Origin: Shigella phage ESh25
DNA: 64,000 bases
Sequence record: ON528735
Reading direction: 5' to 3' (one strand)
Part shown: positions 54,182 through 63,817 of the stretch, piece by piece
Numbering within the stretch: the stretch's first letter is position 1
Layout of the letters: every line of letters starts with the position of its first letter
Position numbers and translations under genes: made by a program
The notes under the pieces: generated by a model
Told to the model about the DNA's origin: nothing
Seen by the model: the letters and a program-made list of their open reading frames with translations, nothing else
Database searches by the model: none

Positions 54182-54211
54182 ATAGTACCACGGAGGAACA
54201 GTCTTGTAAAC
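54182..54211 (-). promoter_or_regulatory. early promoter with inverted repeat that includes the downstream Shine-Dalgarno
   Basis: GTTTAC, 18 nt, TACTAT; inverted repeat TTCCTCCGT/ACGGAGGAA. Confidence 0.5.
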
Positions 54212-54395
54212 CACTTTTTAAAAATATTCGTAATAAATGTGAATACCAACTACTACCGCTGAAACTTGCGCAACCCACCACGCACAAGCAATAAGTACAG
54301 AATTCAAAATTTTCATAATAACCTCATTACAAAAGTAAATGTTAAACAAATTACTGGAATACTAATTAACCAAACAAAACACCACCACAGTGAAC

Positions 54396-54659
54396 TCATA
54401 GTTCAATCTCAGCGATTTTCATTTCATTACTATTAATAGCCGCTTTAAGACTATCTGAAAGAATTACATTCCAGTGGTCATTCATATGACCATTAACTAA
54501 GCGTGTAATTTCTTCAGGAGTTGAAAAATAAGGCTGATCAGACTCCCAGTGCGATAATCCTAAGCGAGTATAAATCATGCCTTCATCATCGCTAGAATAT
54601 TCAACTGACACAAACTCATCAGTTATTTTATGTTTAGCGTAATAAAATTTAAATTTCAT
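54396..54659 (-). CDS. hypothetical protein (87 aa from MKFKFYYAK)
   Basis: Track extension reads through the promoter; GGAGAATAAAATG start. Confidence 0.5.
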   Translation of the reverse strand: MKFKFYYAKHKITDEFVSVEYSSDDEGMIYTRLGLSHWESDQPYFSTPEEITRLVNGHMNDHWNVILSDSLKAAINSNEMKIAEIEL

Positions 54660-54693
54660 TTTATTCTCCAAATCCGTATCAGTTGATAGTTGT

Positions 54694-54723
54694 ATAGTAC
54701 CACGGTCCTTGTGGTATGTAAAC
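54694..54723 (-). promoter_or_regulatory. early promoter; cassette family member
   Basis: GTTTAC, 18 nt, TACTAT; shares GGTACTATACAACTATC with the 34358 and 51044 cassettes. Confidence 0.5.
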
Positions 54724-54739
54724 TGTTTTGTGAAATTTT

Positions 54740-55297
54740 TTAAATGGAAAGATACCATCCGTTGTAGTTGCTTTTTCTTACAACCTTACGAAGGTCTTCT
54801 CTGTCACCGATGAACTTCGGAGTGTACTGGATGACACCTGGATGAATTTCTTTAGTGTTGAATATAATTATACAGTCAGCGACTTGATGATTTAGAATGG
54901 GCCCTAGATTTATTCCAGAACCGTATGGATACTCTCCGCTGCATCCTGTTGTTACAGAAATCCAACGTGAGTCAGTTTGGTGTGTCTTAACTTCTACACG
55001 GAGCCCACAGTATTTTGGATGTGCCAAAACATCCCATGCATATGTGTACGGATCATCGACATCTTCTTGGCCTTTATTGACATATCCGCTTAGCCAATCT
55101 GCCACAAAAAACTCTGCGTACACAGCGATACGGCATCTTTCGATAACTTCTGCCTTATCCTGATTTGGATTTTGTTTTAAAGAGTATCTTGCAGTATCAG
55201 CAATTTTGGCCTTCATTTCACTAGTCAAGTCACTGTTAGATAGGGTAAATGACGGAATCTGAAATAGTCTCTGCAAACCCGGATTCGTTTTCTGCAT
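54740..55297 (-). CDS. denB: endonuclease IV
   Basis: 185 aa, same as T4 DenB; adjacent to rIIB. Confidence 0.8.
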   Translation of the reverse strand: MQKTNPGLQRLFQIPSFTLSNSDLTSEMKAKIADTARYSLKQNPNQDKAEVIERCRIAVYAEFFVADWLSGYVNKGQEDVDDPYTYAWDVLAHPKYCGLRVEVKTHQTDSRWISVTTGCSGEYPYGSGINLGPILNHQVADCIIIFNTKEIHPGVIQYTPKFIGDREDLRKVVRKSNYNGWYLSI

Positions 55298-55348
55298 TTA
55301 AACTTTCCTTTATGTCGGAATCATAATTTCTCTTAAAACAAAAGGGCC

Positions 55349-55360
55349 GAAGCCCTTATT
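55349..55360. terminator. hairpin GGGC-CGAA-GCCC, terminator-like on both strands
   Basis: Followed by TTATTTATTT on plus and TTTTGTTTTAAG on minus; same stem recurs at 55577-55588. Confidence 0.5.
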
Positions 55361-55554
55361 TATTTGAATTGTGCAATTCTTTTCTCTAAACATTCAGCAT
55401 AAGATTTCATTGAGATGAACTGTGAAAGTAGCAGTTCTTGCTCAACTGCACTAACTGTTAGAAACTTTGCGCTTTCTAAAAATTTACTCAGTGCATTAAT
55501 TTTGAGCATTAATTGATCGTATTCTTCTTTTACTCGTGCTTGATAACCTAACAT
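55360..55554 (-). CDS. hypothetical coiled-coil protein (64 aa)
   Basis: ORF between rIIB and denB. Confidence 0.5.
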   Translation of the reverse strand: MLGYQARVKEEYDQLMLKINALSKFLESAKFLTVSAVEQELLLSQFISMKSYAECLEKRIAQFK

Positions 55555-55582
55555 AATTTTCCTTAGTTAAGGGCCGAAGCCC

Positions 55583-56521
55583 TTATTTAAATTGTTCAGT
55601 AACGTCTTCAATTACTTCGTATTGGCAGGTACGCATTTTAGCGTCGTTGTAATCAATCGGAATTGATACTACATCACGAGGATGAACTTTAACTTTTACA
55701 ACTCGACTAGTTGAACCACCGAAGTGACGAATATAAGATTTAGAACACACATGCAGACCACGAGAACAAGTTTGTGTATCATCGTCATTCACACGAGTAC
55801 GCGGCATTTTAACTACTTTACCCGGGCTGTTATCAAAGGTGTTTGAATGACAGTCAAAGTAATTACTACGAACTACTTTCCAAGCATAGAAGTAACCATC
55901 TTCTGTAATTTCAATATCATTTGCTACCAAGAAATCAAAGAGTCGAGATACCGCTTTTTGGCTTGGGTTTTCCAGCAGATTTTCCAAGAACGGAAAATAA
56001 AATTCAAAGTTTTCGCCTTTTTCCATCGAATCAAGAATACGATCAACCAAACCAGACCGCAATTCAATATTTTGATAGAATAAGCTTCCACCTTCAATTC
56101 GAACATCGCCGGAAATATATTTTTCAACAGCGCGACGAACATTAATTTTTTGTGCCGCTTCTTCTAACTTATCTGCTACGAGCAGATTAAGAATTTCCTG
56201 GAAGTTTGAATGTGTATTAGGAGTTGCGTTATAAGTTACACCGTCAACAGTAATTGAAATGAATTTTTTAGATGCATTCCAAATAATGTCAGATTTAGCA
56301 ACTGGAGCAATAACTGCATCGCTATTAACTTTAACTGTAATATCACCGCTAATAGTAACTTTAGGGCGTTTAGCTTCTTCAGCATTTTTCAAAACACGAC
56401 GAATTGTGTCAACCGATACACCTTGCCAATCAGCCAATTCCTGTTGGGTGTAATTACCACTTGAATACAGCTTAACAATTTCAGCTTGTTCGTTTTTGGT
56501 CAGGCATTTAATATTGTACAT
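55583..56521 (-). CDS. rIIB: rIIB membrane-associated protein
   Basis: 312 aa, same as T4 rIIB. Confidence 0.9.
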   Translation of the reverse strand: MYNIKCLTKNEQAEIVKLYSSGNYTQQELADWQGVSVDTIRRVLKNAEEAKRPKVTISGDITVKVNSDAVIAPVAKSDIIWNASKKFISITVDGVTYNATPNTHSNFQEILNLLVADKLEEAAQKINVRRAVEKYISGDVRIEGGSLFYQNIELRSGLVDRILDSMEKGENFEFYFPFLENLLENPSQKAVSRLFDFLVANDIEITEDGYFYAWKVVRSNYFDCHSNTFDNSPGKVVKMPRTRVNDDDTQTCSRGLHVCSKSYIRHFGGSTSRVVKVKVHPRDVVSIPIDYNDAKMRTCQYEVIEDVTEQFK

Positions 56522-56532
56522 AATTTTCCTTA

Positions 56533-58710
56533 TTAGGCCGCAAGGGCCTTCATAGTTTTAGCGATTTGGGAAACTTCATCATCACTTAAAGAGTTGCGAT
56601 AACCGATGAAGTCGGAAACAATACGGAATTTCTTGGTAAACTCAGCAACCATTTTATCACTGTTTTTTGAAGCATTATTTGATAATTCATCAAAGAGATT
56701 AGTTACTGTCCAGATATCATGACCGATGGTATCTTTTCCACCATTGAAATATACACCGCGCAATGAACTAACTATATTAGCGAGTCGTGTATATTCTTCA
56801 GAAACTTCATCTGTACTGAAGTACTTCATCATAAAATCTAGCTCAGGATACTTGATAATTTTATCAATATATCGTTGAGCTGAACTTGAATAACCTACAT
56901 ACTTATCATAATCTACATCATCAAAAGCATCTACATATAAATCACGCAAAGCTTCAAAAATACATTGGCACTGACTGAGTTCTTTTACCTTTTTCTGTAA
57001 AAGCGGACGAATAACATAAAATTCATTAATGCCAATAAGATTAGCCATACGAATCAAAATATTCATAGATGGATGACAAAGTGATGTAGTACCATCCATA
57101 GAGAAAATATCAGAACGATGCATATACGCTACATAACCAGTAATTTCATCTGCTTCTGATGTGAGCGTAAATAATTCCTCTTTTTCCCAGCGCCCATCTT
57201 TAATTTCAAATTTAAATGCTGTAGCAGCTTTAGGACGAGGAGCTTTACTTTTAACTACCTTTGGAATATAGCTTTTAACTAAAGTTTCAATTTCTGACAG
57301 ATAATGAATGTTAACTTCATCACTTTCAAACATTGCCATAATATCAGGTAGTAAATCAATCTGCGATTCTACTTCCGGATTAATAAACAGAAGACGCTCA
57401 TTGTGATGAATATTCAAAGTGTTATTAAATTCACTATCATCTAGCGCATGTGCTAATCCACGGACAATATTAACACGATTTTTAATATTATCAATAACGA
57501 TATTAATTTTTGTTGTATTAATACCAAACAGACGATAACTTGATGCAACGGCTGAAGTTTCATGACTTTGCTTAATGCGTTTCAGTCGAGGGTCAAGATT
57601 TACTTCATACACCACGCCTGCATTACATAACTTACTGTCAGGTTCAAACATGCTCTGCATCTTTTTATATGACAGATTTTTAGTCGTGAATTTGACTGAA
57701 TTACTAATCATATAATCTCGAGCAGAATACCCCATCTTCATCAATTCACGATATGTGTGACGGGGAGATGTAGATTCTTTAAATCGTTTTACATCTTCAT
57801 TAAATGCTTTCTCACTAAGCTCTTTAACTCGTTCAATAATATTTTTACGAGTACGATCATCCAATGAAAGAGCTTCACGTGATGGAGCAATATCAAGTGA
57901 ACCCATTGGAAACTTAATGTAATTCACTTCATTGCGAATGCTTAGCCAGTTACGGTCTCTAATAACACCATCGATAGGATAAACAATACCGCCATAGATA
58001 GCATATAATCCACCACGATCAGGCCAGTATCTTTCTGGATTTACACCGTAATAATCATCAAAATCCGGAAAATAATCAATTTCGCGGTCAAGACCATTAA
58101 TAATAGCCAAATCTTTGAACGGTCGCATGATATAAGAAACTTCATAAGCAAAGTTTCTAAAGTCTTTTTCTTCAACTGGAACTACGATTTCAATACCAGT
58201 TTTATCATCTGGACCCATTTCTTTTACGAATGTAGGTTTAATCTGTGGGCCATCACCATCCATGTAAGCTACATAACCACGAATTTCACCTTTATGATAC
58301 GAAGTAATACTAAACGTATCAGTATAACTAAACGGAGATTTAGAACCTAAACCAAATCCGCCAATGAAATCGTTAGATTCAGCCTTAGATGAACTGAAGT
58401 ATGAATTATACAAACCAGGAGAATTATCATCACCCTGAATATCAAAATCACTCATACCCGGACCAAAATCTCGGCAAACAAATCGTGGATCTAAACGTCC
58501 AGGAACTTGAATGATAAATTTTTCAGGATTTCCATTGAGAGCATGGGCATCAATCATGTTGGTAATCAATTCACGAACAACTGCGCGAATTTTGTTTGTA
58601 TACAAATCAGATGACAGAATTTTAAATACTTTAGGAGATGCTGTGATGCTAAATGCTTTTGATTTAGAACCATTACCAAGAATTGTTTCTTTTTCAGTGG
58701 TGATAATCAT
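56533..58710 (-). CDS. rIIA: rIIA protein (GHKL-type ATPase fold)
   Basis: 725 aa, same as T4 rIIA; N-terminal [11 protein letters not shown] Bergerat-type motif. Confidence 0.9.
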   Translation of the reverse strand: MIITTEKETILGNGSKSKAFSITASPKVFKILSSDLYTNKIRAVVRELITNMIDAHALNGNPEKFIIQVPGRLDPRFVCRDFGPGMSDFDIQGDDNSPGLYNSYFSSSKAESNDFIGGFGLGSKSPFSYTDTFSITSYHKGEIRGYVAYMDGDGPQIKPTFVKEMGPDDKTGIEIVVPVEEKDFRNFAYEVSYIMRPFKDLAIINGLDREIDYFPDFDDYYGVNPERYWPDRGGLYAIYGGIVYPIDGVIRDRNWLSIRNEVNYIKFPMGSLDIAPSREALSLDDRTRKNIIERVKELSEKAFNEDVKRFKESTSPRHTYRELMKMGYSARDYMISNSVKFTTKNLSYKKMQSMFEPDSKLCNAGVVYEVNLDPRLKRIKQSHETSAVASSYRLFGINTTKINIVIDNIKNRVNIVRGLAHALDDSEFNNTLNIHHNERLLFINPEVESQIDLLPDIMAMFESDEVNIHYLSEIETLVKSYIPKVVKSKAPRPKAATAFKFEIKDGRWEKEELFTLTSEADEITGYVAYMHRSDIFSMDGTTSLCHPSMNILIRMANLIGINEFYVIRPLLQKKVKELSQCQCIFEALRDLYVDAFDDVDYDKYVGYSSSAQRYIDKIIKYPELDFMMKYFSTDEVSEEYTRLANIVSSLRGVYFNGGKDTIGHDIWTVTNLFDELSNNASKNSDKMVAEFTKKFRIVSDFIGYRNSLSDDEVSQIAKTMKALAA

Positions 58711-58720
58711 AATTTCCTCA

Positions 58721-58924
58721 TTAATTCATATTACGCTTAATAACTTCAGCAACTTCTAGTAGTTCATCTTTAGTTGCGGTGTCGGATTGAATTTTATCTC
58801 TAATATCTTTAAAGCGGTTTTTAAATTCTTCGGCTTCTCCCATATCGAAAAAGCGTTGAATGATTCTATATTCTCGATGAACTGCTTTATCAAAAAGTTC
58901 TAAATTTACTTTATATGATTTCAT
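58721..58924 (-). CDS. hypothetical protein (67 aa), rIIA.1 position
   Basis: Own early promoter upstream. Confidence 0.55.
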   Translation of the reverse strand: MKSYKVNLELFDKAVHREYRIIQRFFDMGEAEEFKNRFKDIRDKIQSDTATKDELLEVAEVIKRNMN

Positions 58925-58949
58925 TCCAATATCCTCATTTGCCCAATTA

Positions 58950-58979
58950 ATTATACCACATCCTTGTGGTAAAGTAAAC
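58950..58979 (-). promoter_or_regulatory. early promoter
   Basis: GTTTAC, 18 nt, TATAAT; spacer contains inverted repeat ACCACA/TGTGGT. Confidence 0.55.
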
Positions 58980-60796
58980 TACTGGCTCATCCATTCTTTA
59001 CGAAGGTCAGCATTATCTCCCATGAGCATTTCAAAAAGCTCTTTCCAGTTCTCAGGAAGTTTAACAACATCATATACTGGATTTTGAATCATCTCACGAT
59101 ATTCAGATTTTTCCAAAGAGCCAAGTCCCTTAATATAACGGATGCTATGTTTAGGTAGAGCATCTTTGGCACTCTCATATTCAGCGACTGTATAAAACCA
59201 TTCTTGTTTTTTACCGACCTGAGCGATGATTACAGGAGTTTTGACGAAGCGAATTCGTCCTTGCTCAAACAATTCTGGCCAATTACTAAAAAATCCGAGC
59301 AGAGAAGGATAAATGCTTCCTAGACCATCATGGTCAGCATCAGTCATAATAGCAATATTGCGATAATTCAAGTTTTCAGCTTTTTCACCAAGAACTAGAC
59401 CAGTGATTGCGCAAATATCAAATAGTTCTTTGTTTTTAAGCATATCGGCATATGACATACCCCAGCTATTAAGAACTTTACCGCGCAATGGATAACCACC
59501 ATGAAGTTCTTTATCGCGAACATCAATAAGATATCCGATAGCTGAATCACCCTCAGTCAAGAACAATGTAGTGTCAGCATCTTTACCGCAAAGATTCGCT
59601 TTAATATGTTTATGAACCTTAGCTTTAGAAGCCTTTTTAGCTGCTTTAGTTTCTGCTGCTTTTTCTGCCGCCAATTTACGAGCCAAAGCAGCTTCAATAA
59701 TCGGCATCAGAATTGCTTCATTATTTAGAATAGCGCGTGAAATCTTTTTAGCGTCAAGTTGAATATGACTACGAATTTCGCCAAATGGAGAAGTCAAACG
59801 CTCTTTAGTTTGAGAATCAAATCGCATGTTTTTCATATCACGAACAAACATAACGATAGTCAAACATTCTTTAACGCGTGCTTTAGTTACATCAATTTTG
59901 AATTTACGTTTGATTTGTGGAATAAGGTCTTCACAAATATCATCCATAACACAATCAATGTGATGACCACCATTCTTAGTGTGAATGTTATTCACATAAG
60001 TTAATTGACGAAAACCATCCGGTGAACGACCAACCGCAATAGAACAATTTTCTTGTTCTTGAACAATAGCGTGTTCATCATACTGTCGTGCATATTTCTT
60101 AAAATTGCCCTGAACCTTTTTACCATTAAAGGTAAATTGAATATCAGGATAAACAACAGCAAGTGTCTGGAGACGATCTAGTGTAATATCAAGATAAACT
60201 TGGGACAGCTCATTAGTTTCAAATGACATAAAATCAGGAATGAAAGTAACACGAGTTCCTTTCCATTTTCCAGGAATAGTTTCCCAGGATTTATTTTCCA
60301 TGCCGTTTGAACAACGAACTACAATATTATTTTGACCATCGCCAGTTTCACCGACAAACATCACAGAAAAAATGTTTGTCAAACTAGAACCAACACCATT
60401 CATACCACCGGTGACACGTTCTTTATCATCACCAAAGTTACCACCTGCTTTTGGAATAGTCCATGCAGCAACAGGACCAGGAATTTCTTCACCGGTAGGT
60501 GTTTTAACCATCGCCTGTGGAATACCGCGACCGTTATCTTCAACTGTTACTTGATTGTTTTTAATAGTAACATTAATTTTATTTGCGAATTTAAACTTAG
60601 TACGAATACCTTCATCTACTGAGTTATCGATAATTTCATCAATAAGCTTAACAAGACCAGGTACATACTGAACACTTTCCCATTTACCAAACAGAAAGCG
60701 CTCATGCATTTCATTAGCAGAAGAGCCAATGTACATGCCGCTACGCTTTTTGATATGTTCAATATCGCTCAGAATTTTAATTTCATTCTTAATCAT
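58979..60796 (-). CDS. 39: DNA topoisomerase II large subunit gp39 (GyrB-like ATPase), uninterrupted 605-aa form
   Basis: Continuous ORF covering what T4 splits into genes 39 and 60; no bypass element or mobA-like ORF. Confidence 0.9.
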   Translation of the reverse strand: MIKNEIKILSDIEHIKKRSGMYIGSSANEMHERFLFGKWESVQYVPGLVKLIDEIIDNSVDEGIRTKFKFANKINVTIKNNQVTVEDNGRGIPQAMVKTPTGEEIPGPVAAWTIPKAGGNFGDDKERVTGGMNGVGSSLTNIFSVMFVGETGDGQNNIVVRCSNGMENKSWETIPGKWKGTRVTFIPDFMSFETNELSQVYLDITLDRLQTLAVVYPDIQFTFNGKKVQGNFKKYARQYDEHAIVQEQENCSIAVGRSPDGFRQLTYVNNIHTKNGGHHIDCVMDDICEDLIPQIKRKFKIDVTKARVKECLTIVMFVRDMKNMRFDSQTKERLTSPFGEIRSHIQLDAKKISRAILNNEAILMPIIEAALARKLAAEKAAETKAAKKASKAKVHKHIKANLCGKDADTTLFLTEGDSAIGYLIDVRDKELHGGYPLRGKVLNSWGMSYADMLKNKELFDICAITGLVLGEKAENLNYRNIAIMTDADHDGLGSIYPSLLGFFSNWPELFEQGRIRFVKTPVIIAQVGKKQEWFYTVAEYESAKDALPKHSIRYIKGLGSLEKSEYREMIQNPVYDVVKLPENWKELFEMLMGDNADLRKEWMSQ

Positions 60797-60846
60797 CACT
60801 TATCCTCGTTTGGTTTCGGGAATATTATACTCCGGCAATCATAAAG

Positions 60847-60860
60847 CTAAAGGCCCGAAG
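60847..60860 (-). terminator. hairpin GGCC-UUCG-GGCC, terminator-like, followed by a MotA-box-like element before gene 39
   Basis: Minus strand AAAAGGCCTTCGGGCCTTTAGCTTTAT, then 12 nt, then TATAAT. Confidence 0.45.
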
Positions 60861-60865
60861 GCCTT

Positions 60866-61135
60866 TTATTTAAAACGAATAGTTGAATCCTTAAAGAACA
60901 GCCCAGAACATACTGTTCCTTCTACTTTCTGCCCGGTAGGTCCAATAGCACGAAATCCAGTATGTTGGAAATCATTTTCAGAGCAACCGAACCAGTTATA
61001 TCCAGTGATTTCAATATTCGTAAAACCACTTGATGATAAAATTTTAGTTGCATTATCAGCATCAGTACATCCTGCTAAAGACACTGCTAATACTAATGCC
61101 GCGATAGAACGATTAATATATTTCATAATTTTCAC
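60866..61135 (-). CDS. predicted lipoprotein (about 86-89 aa)
   Basis: Signal peptide with lipobox LAGC. Confidence 0.55.
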   Translation of the reverse strand: MKIMKYINRSIAALVLAVSLAGCTDADNATKILSSSGFTNIEITGYNWFGCSENDFQHTGFRAIGPTGQKVEGTVCSGLFFKDSTIRFK

Positions 61136-61503
61136 TCAAATTTAATGGCTTGAAGAAGACTAATAATTCTCAAGCGACTTCTTTCATCTTTAACTGTAAA
61201 AGAAAGAGGGTCACCAGATTTCATAGTAATAGTACATTCAAAATCAAAATCTTCGGAAACTTCTTTGAAGAAGTCAAATTCTTCATCATAAATTAGAACA
61301 TTACTCTGCATACTGTGAAGAATTTTTCCATCATTTCCAGATGCTGTACTAATCATCGTAACATTATGACCTTTCATATCTTCAACGATAAATTCGCTTG
61401 TAGATATTACAGCATTAATAGAACCATTCCTATAAATAGCAGACATTAGATATTTCTTTTCTTCGCCTTCGCGAATACGATATTTCTTACCGATTTTAAA
61501 CAT
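61132..61503 (-). CDS. hypothetical protein (123 aa from the ATG)
   Basis: Track start is a GTG; ATG at 61503. Confidence 0.5.
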   Translation of the reverse strand: MFKIGKKYRIREGEEKKYLMSAIYRNGSINAVISTSEFIVEDMKGHNVTMISTASGNDGKILHSMQSNVLIYDEEFDFFKEVSEDFDFECTITMKSGDPLSFTVKDERSRLRIISLLQAIKFE

Positions 61504-61505
61504 AA

Positions 61506-61682
61506 TCACCCTTTAAGTAAATCGTAAAATCCACCATTCACATGCTTAGGAGCAGAAGGCCGACGAGTAGACAAACGATGACATTTAGGGCAAACATCAT
61601 TTTCTCGTTCAGAAATCTTTTTAATTTTTTCATATTCATGCCCGCAATCTTCGGATTGGCATTTATAATCATACATTGGCAT
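61506..61682 (-). CDS. small zinc-ribbon protein (58 aa), FmdB-like CxxC...CxxC
   Basis: Found by eye; MPMYDYKCQSEDCGHEYE...CPKCH. Confidence 0.45.
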   Translation of the reverse strand: MPMYDYKCQSEDCGHEYEKIKKISERENDVCPKCHRLSTRRPSAPKHVNGGFYDLLKG

Positions 61683-61684
61683 AA

Positions 61685-62110
61685 TTATTCCTTAAAGTGT
61701 GCTTTCAGCATTTGATACAAGGACCATGCCTGTTCATTATTTTCAATAGTAACTTTCATGACAGGAAATTCTGTGAAATCTTCTATTTGTTCTTGCTCTT
61801 TCTCTTCCTGCTCTTGCTCTTCAGCTGCCTGATATGGATTTTCCACTTCATCAAAGAACTCGGCTTCGTTAGTAGAGAGCCAGATAAAGTTTTCGTCAAG
61901 AATATCACCATGTGTTGCATATCCAATTGTGCCAGTAAATGACATAATTTTAGTAGGACGACCAAGATGGTTAACATCTAAAATTTTAAAAGGATGCATA
62001 CCTAAACGGCGTGCATAGATTCCGTTATCAGTATGGTCTTTAATAAAATTTTCTTGAGCCTGTTTATTTTTAAATTGATACCATTTATTAACTTCAAATT
62101 TAATAGCCAT
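61685..62110 (-). CDS. goF: hypothetical acidic protein (141 aa), goF-like position and length
   Basis: 141 aa equals T4 GoF length; order 39-goF-cef-motB. Confidence 0.5.
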   Translation of the reverse strand: MAIKFEVNKWYQFKNKQAQENFIKDHTDNGIYARRLGMHPFKILDVNHLGRPTKIMSFTGTIGYATHGDILDENFIWLSTNEAEFFDEVENPYQAAEEQEQEEKEQEQIEDFTEFPVMKVTIENNEQAWSLYQMLKAHFKE

Positions 62111-62325
62111 TAATAAATTTCCTTCCAGTAAGTTGTGCCATCTTCAGTAATTTCACGAAATACACCGTAAATTGGTTGTTTATCACCAACCTTTTCATAC
62201 ACATAAACCGAAGTCAAGTGAGTAAACTTGATGGTGTGTTCCTTTTGAACTACTACCAAATCTGGATCGAATAATACATCTTCAAATTCGTCATTAGTGC
62301 AGTTCTGAACAATTTTACGTTTCAT
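62110..62325 (-). CDS. cef: hypothetical protein (71 aa), cef-like position
   Basis: Length and position only. Confidence 0.4.
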   Translation of the reverse strand: MKRKIVQNCTNDEFEDVLFDPDLVVVQKEHTIKFTHLTSVYVYEKVGDKQPIYGVFREITEDGTTYWKEIY

Positions 62326-62338
62326 TACAATTTCCTCA

Positions 62339-62608
62339 TTAATTGAACCGTGGAGCGATGCGTTTCAGAAGAGTAGCAGCACCTTTGGCAAATTTTACAT
62401 CATGAAAAACAGTTTCTTCTTCCGTTACAACACGAGCTTTAATGTTTTCACAATCCCAATTTTTGCGAACAATCTTCAAAAGCTGCAGTAAATCTTTACA
62501 TTCAGCAATATCGATAACACATCCACGAGAATCTTCCATTATCGCACGATAACCGTAAGCCATACCATAATCATTGAAAGATTGCTCGATGATAATTAAA
62601 TTTTCCAT
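62339..62608 (-). CDS. hypothetical protein (89 aa from MENLIII)
   Basis: GGAGAATAAAATG start; track extension runs through the promoter-like cassette at 62641-62670. Confidence 0.5.
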   Translation of the reverse strand: MENLIIIEQSFNDYGMAYGYRAIMEDSRGCVIDIAECKDLLQLLKIVRKNWDCENIKARVVTEEETVFHDVKFAKGAATLLKRIAPRFN

Positions 62609-62704
62609 TTTATTCTCCAAGTTTTTCTGTATCAGTAGTTGATATTGATATAGTACCATAATCAACTACTGATGTATATAGTTTTATGAAAAAAATTTTA
62701 AACT

Positions 62705-63196
62705 TTATGCATAGCGAGCTTTGCTGTAGTGTTTAATCCAACTTTCAGGAATGACTTTGTATGTTCCTAAAAATACCGCGTTGTATAACTTAACGCCATC
62801 TTCTACCCATTGATCAGTAATGTATGCACACATAGCGCGAGTACGGTTAACAACACCTTCCTCACCTTCAGTAAATTCAAACTCATAAGGAGCAACGAAC
62901 TTGATAGCTTGACCGAGTTTCCACTTAAAGTCTACACCTACATGCGAAGTATCAATCGTTTCAATTCCTTTAGCGGGAACAGCTTTTAAAAACGCAGACT
63001 CAAGAAATTTCGCACGAACATAGCCAAACTGGGGTTTAGACTTTCCATCTTTAGGAATGATACGCACTTTTACTTCAGAATCTTCATCTTTAACACCGTG
63101 TTTAAGCTGAATGCTTACAACTTCAACCAATTTTCCTGCTGCTTTAGAACGGGATTTATCAGATACACGAGCAATTTCACCGATATTAATAATCAT
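62705..63196 (-). CDS. motB: MotB-like protein (163 aa)
   Basis: Length matches T4 MotB (162 aa); paralogous to the next ORF (shared ITDQWVEDGV...VPESW / VTDQWIEDGV...VPRSA). Confidence 0.55.
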   Translation of the reverse strand: MIINIGEIARVSDKSRSKAAGKLVEVVSIQLKHGVKDEDSEVKVRIIPKDGKSKPQFGYVRAKFLESAFLKAVPAKGIETIDTSHVGVDFKWKLGQAIKFVAPYEFEFTEGEEGVVNRTRAMCAYITDQWVEDGVKLYNAVFLGTYKVIPESWIKHYSKARYA

Positions 63197-63240
63197 AGTT
63201 ATCTCTCACTTGTTAAAAAGATTTTATACTCCACGGGACC

Positions 63241-63270
63241 ATTATACTCTGGTCCCAAGAGTTTGTAAAC
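63241..63270 (-). promoter_or_regulatory. early promoter with -10 in the loop of an inverted repeat
   Basis: GTTTAC, 18 nt, TATAAT; inverted repeat GGGACCA/TGGTCCC flanks the -10. Confidence 0.55.
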
Positions 63271-63272
63271 TA

Positions 63273-63815
63273 TTAATTCAAAATAGCTACCACTGCACTA
63301 CGAGGTACTACGCTAAAATCACCTACATGAACAACGTTCAGAAGTTCAACACCATCTTCAATCCACTGGTCTGTTACCCAACCACAGACCGAAATAAATG
63401 GGGTCTTGATAGCTACTGCACGAGTCAAAAGGTCAGTAGGATCAACTTCTTGGAAGAGGATAATCTCTGCTTCAAAGACTATAGTTTTAATTACTTCATC
63501 ATTATCTAAGCGATGTGCTCGAATCACGTAAGCTTTATTCTTATCATGCCAATTACTTTTTGAAAAACTTTTAACCACAAACTCACCTTCACCAAAAACA
63601 CTGGTCAATGCTTTATAACCCAAATTTAGTTCAGTAGTTTTAATTTCAGTTTCAACCAGTTTGTAGGTTTTGCCAGTTTCGATGGTCCGAGCAGTCATAA
63701 ATGTTTCCTTAATTTCTAATGGTTTAACAAGAGTGCCGTACATGCTTGCTATATCCATATCAAACGGTTTATCTACAGGATTCGGTGTGTATTCAGGATT
63801 ATAATTAAATTTCAT
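63273..63815 (-). CDS. MotB-paralogous hypothetical protein (180 aa)
   Basis: Shares the C-terminal motif with the 163-aa MotB-like protein. Confidence 0.55.
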   Translation of the reverse strand: MKFNYNPEYTPNPVDKPFDMDIASMYGTLVKPLEIKETFMTARTIETGKTYKLVETEIKTTELNLGYKALTSVFGEGEFVVKSFSKSNWHDKNKAYVIRAHRLDNDEVIKTIVFEAEIILFQEVDPTDLLTRAVAIKTPFISVCGWVTDQWIEDGVELLNVVHVGDFSVVPRSAVVAILN

Positions 63816-63817
63816 AA

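Noticed and set aside
55847-56145. Three overlapping small ORFs on both strands inside rIIB
   Set aside because: Embedded within and antisense or out of frame to rIIB; no independent start signals.
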